Source of the DNA: Marinicella sp.
GTDB taxonomy: Bacteria; Pseudomonadota; Gammaproteobacteria; Xanthomonadales; Marinicellaceae
Assembly (NCBI GenBank): GCA_965230295.1
Contig: OZ246001.1
Coordinates: 3,744,001-3,808,000 of the forward strand
DNA: 64,000 nt
Direction of reading: 5' to 3'
The notes below the pieces were generated by a model. The model worked only from the letters and a program-made list of their open reading frames with translations. It ran no database searches and was not told the DNA's origin. Positions 51,751 through 61,763 of this stretch are shown piece after piece. Position 1 is the first letter of the stretch; every line of letters begins with the position of its first letter. The position numbers were made by a program, and so were the translations under genes.

Positions 51751-53940
51751 ATGAAGTTATCATTGCTATTAGTTTTATTAATCATCAAACAGCCTATTCA
51801 AGCTGGAGAAACTGAGCTCTCAAATCCAATTATGTTTGTTACGCAGTTTCCTATATCGAGTGACTTTGGCACAATTGGATCAACATTTGCAAATCACAGA
51901 GCTGACATAGCGGCTGTAGGTAGAGGCGGTGATTTGTACATCAGATACACTAATGGTGACTTAAGAAACTTAACCAGAGAGGCTGGTTTTGGCCAAGTGG
52001 GATTGCAAACGGGTAACGGGATTGCTGTTCGTGATCCAAGTATACATTGGAGCGGTGAAAAAGCATTGTTTAGTATGGTTGTCGGAGCTCCAGAAAGATT
52101 CGGTTCTAATGAATATTATTGGCAATTATATGAGATAACTGGTTTTGGAGTAGGAGAAACGGTTTCAATAACTAAGATACAAAACCAACCAACTGATTAC
52201 AACAATATCACTCCGATATATGGATCGGATGATGCAATCATTTTTACCTCAGATATGCCCAGGAGCAAAAACAGGCATAATTACCCACAATATGATGAAT
52301 ATGAATCAACACCCACTAATACAGGGTTATGGAGACTTAAAGAAGGTCGTGTCTCTTTGATACAACACTCACCATCTGGTTCTTTTAGTCCCTTAGTTGA
52401 TAGTTATGGTCGACTGGTATTTACACGTTGGGATCATTTGCAAAGAGATCAACAAGCTTCCCCAATAAATATAAATGGAGCCTTTAACTACAGCAGTGAA
52501 TCTCCAAACGCTCAATTACTGAATGAAATCACTGAAGTATTTCCGGAACCAAGACCAATTGAGTTCGATTTATTAAATGGAACCAATCTAGTTGGGCATA
52601 GAAGCAATCATTTCTTCCCTTGGCAAATCAATCAGGATGGCACTGAGGAAGAAACATTAAACCATGTGGGTCGTCATGAGCTTCATAGTTTTTTTGCTAG
52701 ATCTATAAACGATGATTCAAATGTAGTAGATTTCATAATTGGACAAAATCGCCCAAATCAAAACGCCATTCTTAACACCCTTCACTTGAATGAAGATCCC
52801 AACAATCCAGGGAGGTTCCTTGCTATTGATGCTCCAGAATTTCAGACACATTCAGGCGGACAATTGATTTCTTTTGATTTACCACTCGGTGCTGATCCTT
52901 CTTTAGTAACTGTCAGCTATATGAGCCATGAAAGTACTCGCTATGTGGTAGCAGATGGTACCACCGCTTCTCCAGAGCACGTTGGTTTTTTTCGCGAAGC
53001 AAGAACATTAACTGATGGTACTATCATAGCTTCACATACTTCTGAAACGAGGAAGGCCGGTAATGAAGGAACGTTAACTAATCCAGACCCCAGGTATGAT
53101 TTTACCATCAAAACTTTAACTCAAAACCAATCAGGAAATTGGGTGCCTGATTCCAGAATAACAAATTTAAACACAGTCAACATATCCTATTACAATCCTG
53201 ATGAGTTGGTGGATTATACTGGTCCTTTATGGGAGCTAATGCCTGTTGAAGTTGTGGCTCGAGAAGTACCTACTTACACCAGCGAAATTTTGCAGCCCCC
53301 CGAGCTTCAGGTTTTTGCTGAGGAAAATGTTGATGTCCAGTTATTTAAGGAATTTCTGAAAAACTATCGATTGGCACTTGCGGTGATGCGCGATGTAACT
53401 ACAAGGGATGAATTAGATTTACAACAGCCCTATAACCTCAAAGTGGCAAGCAGTGATCATCAAACTATTGCTAATAGTGGTCAATTATATGAAATTTCAC
53501 ACATGCAATTTTTCCAAGGAGATCAAATCAGGGGATATGGTGGAATAGATTCCCCCTTAAGTGGGCAGAGAGTTTTGGCTCAATTTCAACATGATTTAGC
53601 AGCCGATAAATATAATCTTCCATTCTCATCAAACCCACCTGGAAGTACTGAAATCTTTTCAGATGGTTCAGTTGCATTCTTAGTACCTGCTAACCGAGCG
53701 ATGAGCTGGCAAACTCTCGCTCCTGATGGTGAGGCTGTTGTGCGAGAACGTTACTGGGTAAACTTCCAACCAGGTGAAATTAGGGCGTGTGGTGGATGCC
53801 ATGGAGTCAATCAAGTTGATCAAGCAGGGCAGTTACCGTCCACTCAAAAACCAGAAGCTTTGCGAGCATTGTTAGCACATTGGAAAAACACATTCACAGA
53901 CTTAATTAAGAAGCATGACTTTGAGGTTGTTGAGCAATGA
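51751..53940 (+). CDS. Secreted beta-propeller protein with hydrazine-synthase-alpha-like domain and CxxCH heme motif
   Basis: GAGGAG then ATG 51751; DPSIHWSG..LFSM, GRLVFTRWDH, DGSVAFLVPANRAMSWQ...QPGEIRACGGCH; ends DLIKKHDFEVVEQ. Confidence 0.75.
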   Translation: MKLSLLLVLLIIKQPIQAGETELSNPIMFVTQFPISSDFGTIGSTFANHRADIAAVGRGGDLYIRYTNGDLRNLTREAGFGQVGLQTGNGIAVRDPSIHWSGEKALFSMVVGAPERFGSNEYYWQLYEITGFGVGETVSITKIQNQPTDYNNITPIYGSDDAIIFTSDMPRSKNRHNYPQYDEYESTPTNTGLWRLKEGRVSLIQHSPSGSFSPLVDSYGRLVFTRWDHLQRDQQASPININGAFNYSSESPNAQLLNEITEVFPEPRPIEFDLLNGTNLVGHRSNHFFPWQINQDGTEEETLNHVGRHELHSFFARSINDDSNVVDFIIGQNRPNQNAILNTLHLNEDPNNPGRFLAIDAPEFQTHSGGQLISFDLPLGADPSLVTVSYMSHESTRYVVADGTTASPEHVGFFREARTLTDGTIIASHTSETRKAGNEGTLTNPDPRYDFTIKTLTQNQSGNWVPDSRITNLNTVNISYYNPDELVDYTGPLWELMPVEVVAREVPTYTSEILQPPELQVFAEENVDVQLFKEFLKNYRLALAVMRDVTTRDELDLQQPYNLKVASSDHQTIANSGQLYEISHMQFFQGDQIRGYGGIDSPLSGQRVLAQFQHDLAADKYNLPFSSNPPGSTEIFSDGSVAFLVPANRAMSWQTLAPDGEAVVRERYWVNFQPGEIRACGGCHGVNQVDQAGQLPSTQKPEALRALLAHWKNTFTDLIKKHDFEVVEQ

Positions 53941-54016
53941 TGTGTTTGATGAAAAAAATACAAATTGGTTTTTAAATAAATAATAAATCAGATCTATTAA
54001 AACATGGAATGACTGG

Positions 54017-54451
54017 ATGAGAAGACGAATAATTACAAAAGAAATTTTAATTGATGCCAGACCTGAAAAGGTATTTGATGCCTTGACAACGCCTGAAAAA
54101 ATCATAATTTTTTTTCCAGTTAGCGAAGTGATCTCAAATTGGGAAGTTGGAGGAGTTGTTGAATTTAAAGGAGGTACAAATGATCAATCCTTTACAAACT
54201 ATGGTGTAATAACAGAGTTTACCAAGCCTCATCATTTTACCTATCAATACTGGATTAATAACTATGGAGAAGAAAAAACCCCTGAGAACCATATTTATAT
54301 CAGCTACTCTTTAACAAGAAAAGATAACCTAACTAAGCTACAAGTGGTTCAAAGGAACATAAGATCACAAGAGTTGTTTGAAACTATGGATAACGTTGTT
54401 TGGGGCAATATCCTTAATAGCCTTAAAAATTATGTAGAGTTAGATACGTAA
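54017..54451 (+). CDS. SRPBCC/AHSA1-family protein
   Basis: EILIDARPEKVFDALTTPE...WEVGG...W..IL.SLK.YVE. Confidence 0.85.
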   Translation: MRRRIITKEILIDARPEKVFDALTTPEKIIIFFPVSEVISNWEVGGVVEFKGGTNDQSFTNYGVITEFTKPHHFTYQYWINNYGEEKTPENHIYISYSLTRKDNLTKLQVVQRNIRSQELFETMDNVVWGNILNSLKNYVELDT

Positions 54452-54804
54452 TAACACTTCTTCAATAACTTTTACATCAATGTTGAAATCGGATAATAAA
54501 TTAAAATTTCAGGCTTCGAATGTATTTTGGTGTGATTGTCATACTATTCTGATTTGATTGTTAACAAAGAAAACCGAACTTAATAGATGATGAATTTTAA
54601 GTTATACATGTACCCAACTATTATGTTTGGCTTAAATACAGTGAAAATTTTGAAAATTAACCACTCTAACATATCAATATTTTAGACTTAATCTTACTAG
54701 AACAATTCGAATTAAAATATTTAGTAACTTGTCACAAGTTATCTTTCAGTTAATGATTTTATTGATTGTGATTACTATTAATGAAGAATTAGTACGAGGG
54801 AAAA

Positions 54805-57800
54805 ATGAAATTCATAATTACAATTGCACTACTTTTGGGATTGGTGGCTGCACCCGTTGATGCAGAAAAAAAAGAATCATCTAAATTGATGACAGATAAA
54901 CTGTTTTCTGGGATGAAACTAAGAAATATTGGTCCTGCTTATATGTCAGGACGAATTGCGGATATTGAAGTTGACCCAAACAATCCTTCGATTTGGTATG
55001 TGGCTGTTGGCTCAGGTGGGGTATGGAAAACCGCTAATGGCGGCATTACCTGGGATCCAATTTTTGATAGCCAACCCGTTTATTCGATCGGTGATGTCAC
55101 TCTTGATCCTAGTAACTCAAACATTGTTTGGGTAGGCACAGGCGAAAACAATGCTGGTCGTCACTTGAGTTTTGGTGATGGCATTTACCGTTCACTTGAT
55201 GGTGGTGCTACTTGGACCAACATGGGGCTAAAAAAATCTGAACATATTTCAGATATTATTATTCACCCCAAAGATTCCAATACGGTTTGGGTTGCTGTTC
55301 AAGGCCCTTTATGGACTAAAGGTGGTCAAAGAGGATTATATAAAACTACTGATGGTGGTATGAACTGGAAAAACATACTTGAATTTAATGAGTGGACAGG
55401 TGTTACATCATTAGTCATGGATTCTCGAAATCCAGATAAACTTTATGCGGCCAGTTGGCAAAGACAGAGAACATTGCCAACCTATGTAGGAACCGGCCCC
55501 GGTTCTGGTATTCATACCACAGATGATGGTGGTAAAACCTGGAGAAAATTAAGTGGAGGTTTACCTATTGAAGATATGGGTAAAATTGGCTTAGCCATTT
55601 CAGCCCAAAATCCTGATGTTGTTTATGCCGCGATTGAAGTAAACCAACGTAAAGGTGGTGTTTATCGCTCAACTAACCAAGGTGCCAGCTGGAACAAAAT
55701 GTCCGATGAAGTAGGAAGTGGAACCGGTCCTCACTATTACCAAGAAATCTATACTGACCCACATCGTGATGATCGAATTTACTTAATGAGTAATAACAGT
55801 AAATACAGTAATGACGGTGGTAAGACTTGGGCCAATTTAAGTAATCAGTATAAGCATGTTGATGATCATGCCATGGCTTTTCATCCAAAAGACCCTTATT
55901 TTATGCTAGTGGGCAGTGACGGTGGTGTGTATGAATCAAGAGACGACATGAAGAATTGGCGTTATATGCAGAATTTACCAATTACTCAGTTTTATAAAAT
56001 AGCAGTTGATGATTCTATGCCTTTTTACTATATTTATGGCGGTACTCAAGATAATGCATCCCAAGGAGGCCCTTCACGAACAACCAGAGCACATGGAATT
56101 AAGAATAGTGACTGGTTTTTGATTTTGAATTGGGACGGACACCAACCGGCTACAGAACCTGGTAACCCAGATATTGTTTATGGGCAAAGACAAGAAGGTA
56201 ATCTGGCTCGATACCATCGCAAAACCAACGAATACGTATCAATTCAACCACAAGCCAGACCAGGTGAGCCAGGCGAGCGTTACAATTGGGATGCTCCAAT
56301 TTTAGTTTCAGCTCATGATCCGAAGCGCCTTTACCATGCTTCCCAGAGAGTATGGCGTTCTGATGATAGAGGTAACAGTTGGCGCACCATTTCAGGCGAT
56401 TTAACCAAGAATGAAAACAGAATGCATATACCGGTAATGGATCGTACGTGGTCAGTAAATTCTGGGTTTGATCTTTACGCTATGTCTAATTACAACACCA
56501 TCACAAACATCGCTGAATCACCACTTGATGAAAATATTTTGTACGTCGGTACGGATGATGGCTTGATTCAAGTGACATCAGATGGTGGAGCAAATTGGCA
56601 GCGTCATCAACTGGCTAACATCAGAGGCGTCCCTGAAACTGCATATGTGAACGACATTCGAGCAGATTTATTTGACAAAGACACGGTTTATGCTGCTTTA
56701 GATAATCACAAGCATGGTGATTACAACCCTTATCTGATTAAAAGTACCAATCGTGGAAAGTCTTGGAAATCTATCGCATCGAATTTACCCAATAATCATT
56801 TCGTTTGGAGGATTGTCCAAGATCATGTGAATAAAAATCTATTTTTTGTGGGTACAGAATTTGGATTGTTCTTTACTGTTAATGCAGGTAAAGATTGGGT
56901 TAAATTAACAGGTGATGTACCAACTATTTCTTTCCGAGATGTAAAAATTCAACGCCGCGAGAATGACTTGGTTGCAGGCAGTTTTGGCCGTGGTATATTT
57001 ATTTTAGATGACTATTCACCCTTGCGGAGTATCAGTGAATCAACACTTAGACAAGATGCTTTGTTGTTTCCCTCAAGAGATGCCCTCTGGTACATACCAG
57101 ATGCCTTACATACAAATTCGCACGGGGATTTTGAATACCGAGCCAAGAATCCAGATTTTGGTGCCACATTCACTTATTATCTGCGCGATGGTGTTAAATC
57201 AATGAAAGCGCTTCGAGAGGAGAAAGAGCAAAAGAACATACAGAAGGGAGAGTACCCATTGTATCCGGCCTTGGATATGATTGAGGCTGAAGTCAGAGAA
57301 ACAAAACCAGAAGTTTATTTACTTATAAAAGACAGTGAAGACAACATTGTTCGCAAGGTTGCTGCAAAAACAGGAAAAGGGCTTCACCGAGTCACTTGGA
57401 ATTTGCGCAAACCGTCTACAAATGCATTAGGCACAGCGCCAAGCTTTTTTGGAAATGTAGGCTCTTTAGTAGCGCCAGGTGAGTACAGTGCATCGTTGCA
57501 CGCAAAAATCGGTGGTCAAACGAGTATGTTGACACCAGCTGTTCGTTTTAATGTAATAGCACTTCATCAAGAAAATGAGGATGGTGCCGTTTCACCTCAA
57601 AAACGTACTGAGCTTATGCATGATGTTGATAATTTAAGGCGACATGTTTCAACAGCAAACAGTCAAGTCAAATTTCTAGAAAGTCAATTGACTTTCATAC
57701 AAACTGCGATGGATCGCTCTGCTACAATTTCTGCTGAATTGGAAGATAAATACCAACAATTGAGAGCAGCTGTATTTGAAATAGATAAGGTTCTAAATGG

Positions 57801-58059
57801 TTACTCATTCAGTAGAGGCTTAAATGCCATAGGTGCTGCACCTGCCACACTTTCAGACCGTATGTTTATGATTGAATTTGCCAAAGCCAACACTTGGGGT
57901 CTGACAGATACTCAAAAACAACAAATTGTATATGTGAAAGATGCATTAGGTAAGTTGCAGCCAAAAATTAAAAGATTGATGCAAAAAGAGTTCCCAGCTT
58001 TTAAAGCTTCACTTCTGAAAGCAGGTGCCCCCGGGATTCCAGCAGGTGTAATTGAATAA
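54805..58059 (+). CDS. Secreted VPS10/BNR (Asp-box) repeat protein, glycosyl-hydrolase-like
   Basis: LRNIGPA.MSGRIAD, repeated S.DGG.TW Asp-boxes, YGGTQDN, GSFGRG. Confidence 0.9.
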   Translation: MKFIITIALLLGLVAAPVDAEKKESSKLMTDKLFSGMKLRNIGPAYMSGRIADIEVDPNNPSIWYVAVGSGGVWKTANGGITWDPIFDSQPVYSIGDVTLDPSNSNIVWVGTGENNAGRHLSFGDGIYRSLDGGATWTNMGLKKSEHISDIIIHPKDSNTVWVAVQGPLWTKGGQRGLYKTTDGGMNWKNILEFNEWTGVTSLVMDSRNPDKLYAASWQRQRTLPTYVGTGPGSGIHTTDDGGKTWRKLSGGLPIEDMGKIGLAISAQNPDVVYAAIEVNQRKGGVYRSTNQGASWNKMSDEVGSGTGPHYYQEIYTDPHRDDRIYLMSNNSKYSNDGGKTWANLSNQYKHVDDHAMAFHPKDPYFMLVGSDGGVYESRDDMKNWRYMQNLPITQFYKIAVDDSMPFYYIYGGTQDNASQGGPSRTTRAHGIKNSDWFLILNWDGHQPATEPGNPDIVYGQRQEGNLARYHRKTNEYVSIQPQARPGEPGERYNWDAPILVSAHDPKRLYHASQRVWRSDDRGNSWRTISGDLTKNENRMHIPVMDRTWSVNSGFDLYAMSNYNTITNIAESPLDENILYVGTDDGLIQVTSDGGANWQRHQLANIRGVPETAYVNDIRADLFDKDTVYAALDNHKHGDYNPYLIKSTNRGKSWKSIASNLPNNHFVWRIVQDHVNKNLFFVGTEFGLFFTVNAGKDWVKLTGDVPTISFRDVKIQRRENDLVAGSFGRGIFILDDYSPLRSISESTLRQDALLFPSRDALWYIPDALHTNSHGDFEYRAKNPDFGATFTYYLRDGVKSMKALREEKEQKNIQKGEYPLYPALDMIEAEVRETKPEVYLLIKDSEDNIVRKVAAKTGKGLHRVTWNLRKPSTNALGTAPSFFGNVGSLVAPGEYSASLHAKIGGQTSMLTPAVRFNVIALHQENEDGAVSPQKRTELMHDVDNLRRHVSTANSQVKFLESQLTFIQTAMDRSATISAELEDKYQQLRAAVFEIDKVLNGYSFSRGLNAIGAAPATLSDRMFMIEFAKANTWGLTDTQKQQIVYVKDALGKLQPKIKRLMQKEFPAFKASLLKAGAPGIPAGVIE

Positions 58060-58864
58060 TTAAAAGAGTGTTTTTTTACATCATTGAACACGACTTTCAG
58101 AGAGGGAGGAACTGTTTCCTCTAATTTTCAAGAAAATTAATCCTGTATCATCGAAGTTGTATATTTAACTGGTTTTGACAGATCGTCTTATTATACACGT
58201 AACATTTTATTTCATTAACAATAACATAAAGTATGGCCTAACCCTGATGTTAGTTTATGTGCAACAATTTCAATGCATTTGACAACAATGTTAATAATTA
58301 ATAATTATTTGCTGTACTAAAATTTAGACATGCCATAAGTGTTTAAGACAATATGGAATTAGTAAAGAAAACAACTTAAGGCATTTTGCAATCGCGCCCT
58401 GAGAAATGAAGGCAGCTTTCTATCACACACTCACTAACCTGCTGGATTATCAATGGGCGCCTTTCAACTTCATGGAAAGGTTTAAGAGTCAACTGATTTT
58501 GTGATGAAATATCGTTTATATCACCGCACTTGAGTATTTAATTATTCTTAAATTTTGAAGCACATAAATTTAATAGGGCAGGTGTAATATTGAATTGTTA
58601 GCTCTAAGAATAAAATAACTTCAAAAAAATTATTTCAACCTATCGTGCTGACCTATCAATTGCATGTCATTCAACATCGTTACAATCCATTTTGTAGACC
58701 ACCACGACTACTAGTTCAGCTAGTAAGTGGTGGGATACCACAGTGCATCAATTTTAATTGAAATTGCAATTTTATTAATAACGACATCACATGCTAGAAA
58801 ATAAAATAATTGAATTAGGGTTCGCTTCTTAAAGCTAACTCAATTTTTTTGAATTTTAATATGT

Positions 58865-59443
58865 GTGTTTAAAATTATGATAAAAACTATTAATCAATTG
58901 GTAATTTTGGCTGGTCCCAAGTGTGTAGGGAAATCCACTTTCATGAGCGATTTATTAGATAATGAACCACCATTTATACACAAGTGTTTGGGTACTGATG
59001 AAAATCAAAAGTGGCATTTATTGAAACCAGAATATCTTGATAAAAAAGAATGGCCTGCTGCATCAAATCTTATTTGGGATTATGACTTTAATCACCCAAT
59101 CATCAGAAATCTTAAAAGCTATAAAGATGATAGCATGGTGTGTTTAATTAGATCTGCGAAACTTATAAATTTTGTAACAATGTGGTGCCCCAAACATGAA
59201 ATGATTAATCGCTTAAATAATCAGATTTTAAAAATGGATGATGAGAGTTTAAAAAATAAACTAATATGGCTTAGATGGTTGTACCAAACTGATGGCTTGT
59301 TAAGCAAAGTTTATTCCAATTGGTTTAAATTTATTACAGAATTTGAGGCTAATAACTGGCTGTTATTAAATAGTCAAAATGAAATAGAGCTTTCTGCTCT
59401 TAATATTGATAAATATCACTCAAATGTTGCCCCTTACATTTAA
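58865..59443 (+). CDS. P-loop protein, kinase-like, function unknown
   Basis: LAGPKCVGKST Walker A. Confidence 0.65.
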   Translation: MFKIMIKTINQLVILAGPKCVGKSTFMSDLLDNEPPFIHKCLGTDENQKWHLLKPEYLDKKEWPAASNLIWDYDFNHPIIRNLKSYKDDSMVCLIRSAKLINFVTMWCPKHEMINRLNNQILKMDDESLKNKLIWLRWLYQTDGLLSKVYSNWFKFITEFEANNWLLLNSQNEIELSALNIDKYHSNVAPYI

Positions 59444-59494
59444 TTTTATATATGTATAAAAACTTAGCTGAAATTGAACCACACTAAAGTGTTC

Positions 59495-59558
59495 GCGCCC
59501 TTGAATGAGAAGTTTGTTTTCTCTCTCTCTTCAAACAGATATTTCATCTCAAGGGCGC
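59495..59558 (+). terminator. Long hairpin after the P-loop gene
   Basis: GCGCCCTTGA / TCAAGGGCGC followed by a T-run; degenerate relative at 58393-58460. Confidence 0.5.
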
Positions 59559-59814
59559 CTTTTTATATTACAGTTCATGTAAAATTGACTTAAACGCTGA
59601 ATGTTTTTTGTACAACTAAAAAAGATCAGATCCCACATACACTTTATTTCCTTCATAATTGCAACCACAAAACCGTTGGTACATTTAAAACCTTAATTAA
59701 TGTGTGCACCATCAATTCAACTTGAGTGTTTTGTTTAGCAGCTGTTCTCAGGTTGCAATTTATTATTAATGCGCCTCCATTTAAAACCTTTTCAATAAGT
59801 CGCTTAAATGGCCT

Positions 59815-59879
59815 TGCAACAAAACTGATAGAAGTTGCAACGAACCTGATCGTTATTTTTTCATGTGCAAGTGTAAACT
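59815..59879 (+). promoter_or_regulatory. TGCAAC-N15-TGCAAC box with -10-like TAAACT
   Basis: Half-sites at 59815 and 59836; TAAACT at 59874. Confidence 0.65.
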
Positions 59880-59982
59880 CTTCGACATAGTAATTCTTCC
59901 GATATGTGACTCGCTTTCACTACAAGATTTAGGTTCGCATTGACTTGTATGGACATGCATTAAAAACAAAACAGGTTTAGTT

Positions 59983-61635
59983 ATGAAAATAAACAAAATA
60001 GTATTTTTACTGACGCTATTATTCAGTCATCTATCTGTGATGGCACAATTACTCAGCGAAGTCGACTTATCTAGTTTGGATGGTCAAAATGGCTTTGTCA
60101 TCAATGGTGAATCTTTAGGTCTTTTTGGCGGTTCAGTCAGTTCTGCAGGCGATGTCAATGGTGATGGGCTTGGTGATTTTATTGTTGGGGCTCCGTTCGC
60201 CTCTAGTTCAAACAGTGATGTGGAGGTTCGTGAGAGGGTTGGCAAGAGTTATGTGATCTTTGGCAGTGAGGAAGGTTTTTCCAATCCGTTTGATTTATCC
60301 ACTCTCGATGGCGGGAATGGATTTGTTATAAATGGCGAGAATGCAGATGATCTTACGGGTTATTCTGTCAGTTCAGCCGGCGATGTCAATAGTGATGGTA
60401 TTGATGATTTAGTCATTGGTGCGTATGGCGCAGATCCATATGGTGGGCCAGAAAATGCTGGTAGAAGTTATGTGATTTTTGGCAGTGACGAAGAGAATGG
60501 TTTTTCCAGTTCGTTAAACGTGACTGATGTTGATGGTGAAAATGGCTTTGTCATCAATGGTGAAAATATGAATGATTATTCGGGTGTTTCAGTCAGTTTG
60601 GCGGGTGATGTTAATGGTGATGGGGTTGGTGATTTAATTATCGGGGCAGATTTTGCTGATCCGCATGGATTAAAAAATGCTGGTGTATGTTATGTGATTT
60701 TTGGCAAAAGGGTTGATGGCAGTAAGATTGGTTTTCCTCATCCGTTTAACCTATCTACTCTCGATGGTGAGAACGGCTTTGCTATCAATGGCGGAAGTGT
60801 AAGTGGTTTTCTGGGACGTGAAGTCAGCTCGGCCGGTGATGTCAATGGTGATGGGATTGATGATTTGATCATGGGTGCAGCTAGTGCAGATATAGGCGGT
60901 CAGTTTAATGTTGGTAAAAGTTATGTGATTTTTGGCAGCGACGAAGAGAATGGTTTGCCTCATCCGTTTAACCTGGTTGACCTTAATGGTGACAATGGAT
61001 TTGTCATTATTGGCGAAAATGAAGATGATTCGTCGGGTAGATCTGCCAGTTCAGCTGGCGATGTCAATGGTGATGGAATTGACGATCTGATAGTTGGAGC
61101 GTCTGGAGCTAATAAAAATTATGTGATCTATGGCCGCAGAATTGATTTCCCTCATCCATTTAACCTATCCACCCTGGATGGTGGTAGAAATGGTTTTGTT
61201 ATTAATGGCGAAAATGCAGGTGACGCTTTGGGTTCGTCAGTCAGTGCATTAGGCGATCTCAATGGTGATCAAATTGATGATTTGTTTGTTGGGGCTCCTG
61301 GTGCAGATCCTGATGGCAGATCAAATGCCGGTAAAAGTTATGTTGTCTTTGGGAGGAACGGTGGTTTACCCAATCCGTTTAATCTGTCTAACCTTAACAT
61401 CGACAACTGTCATAAAGGTATTACCATTAATGGTGAAAGTATAGATGATCTTTCAGGTTGGAGACTCAGTTCAGCAGGTGATGTCAATGGTGATGAAATT
61501 AATGATTTGATTATTGGAGTACCTGGTGCAGGTTCGGTTGGTAAAAGTTATGTGATCTTTGGAAAGAATGATAGCGCTGATATAGGCGGCGACAATGGTG
61601 ACACAATCTTTAAAAGCGGTTTTGAATGTATCTAG
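59983..61635 (+). CDS. Secreted FG-GAP/integrin-alpha-like protein
   Basis: Signal peptide, SAGDVNGDG.DD.I.GA repeats; ends DTIFKSGFECI. Confidence 0.92.
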   Translation: MKINKIVFLLTLLFSHLSVMAQLLSEVDLSSLDGQNGFVINGESLGLFGGSVSSAGDVNGDGLGDFIVGAPFASSSNSDVEVRERVGKSYVIFGSEEGFSNPFDLSTLDGGNGFVINGENADDLTGYSVSSAGDVNSDGIDDLVIGAYGADPYGGPENAGRSYVIFGSDEENGFSSSLNVTDVDGENGFVINGENMNDYSGVSVSLAGDVNGDGVGDLIIGADFADPHGLKNAGVCYVIFGKRVDGSKIGFPHPFNLSTLDGENGFAINGGSVSGFLGREVSSAGDVNGDGIDDLIMGAASADIGGQFNVGKSYVIFGSDEENGLPHPFNLVDLNGDNGFVIIGENEDDSSGRSASSAGDVNGDGIDDLIVGASGANKNYVIYGRRIDFPHPFNLSTLDGGRNGFVINGENAGDALGSSVSALGDLNGDQIDDLFVGAPGADPDGRSNAGKSYVVFGRNGGLPNPFNLSNLNIDNCHKGITINGESIDDLSGWRLSSAGDVNGDEINDLIIGVPGAGSVGKSYVIFGKNDSADIGGDNGDTIFKSGFECI

Positions 61636-61763
61636 GAATAAATTGTTTATTAAAAAGAATTCTCAGTTCTGAGGAGCAAGGCTGACCCTTTTGTGTATAT
61701 AGGCGTCAGACTGGGTTAGCCATTCTGGCAAATGTTATTTAATTAATAAAAATAAAGAAAGTT

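Noticed and set aside
51751-53940. Anammox capability
   Set aside because: Only an alpha-like domain is present; no hzsB/C or other anammox genes.
58238-58254. 16/17 match to the DUF285 repeat unit
   Set aside because: Too short, with no flanking homology; chance cannot be excluded.
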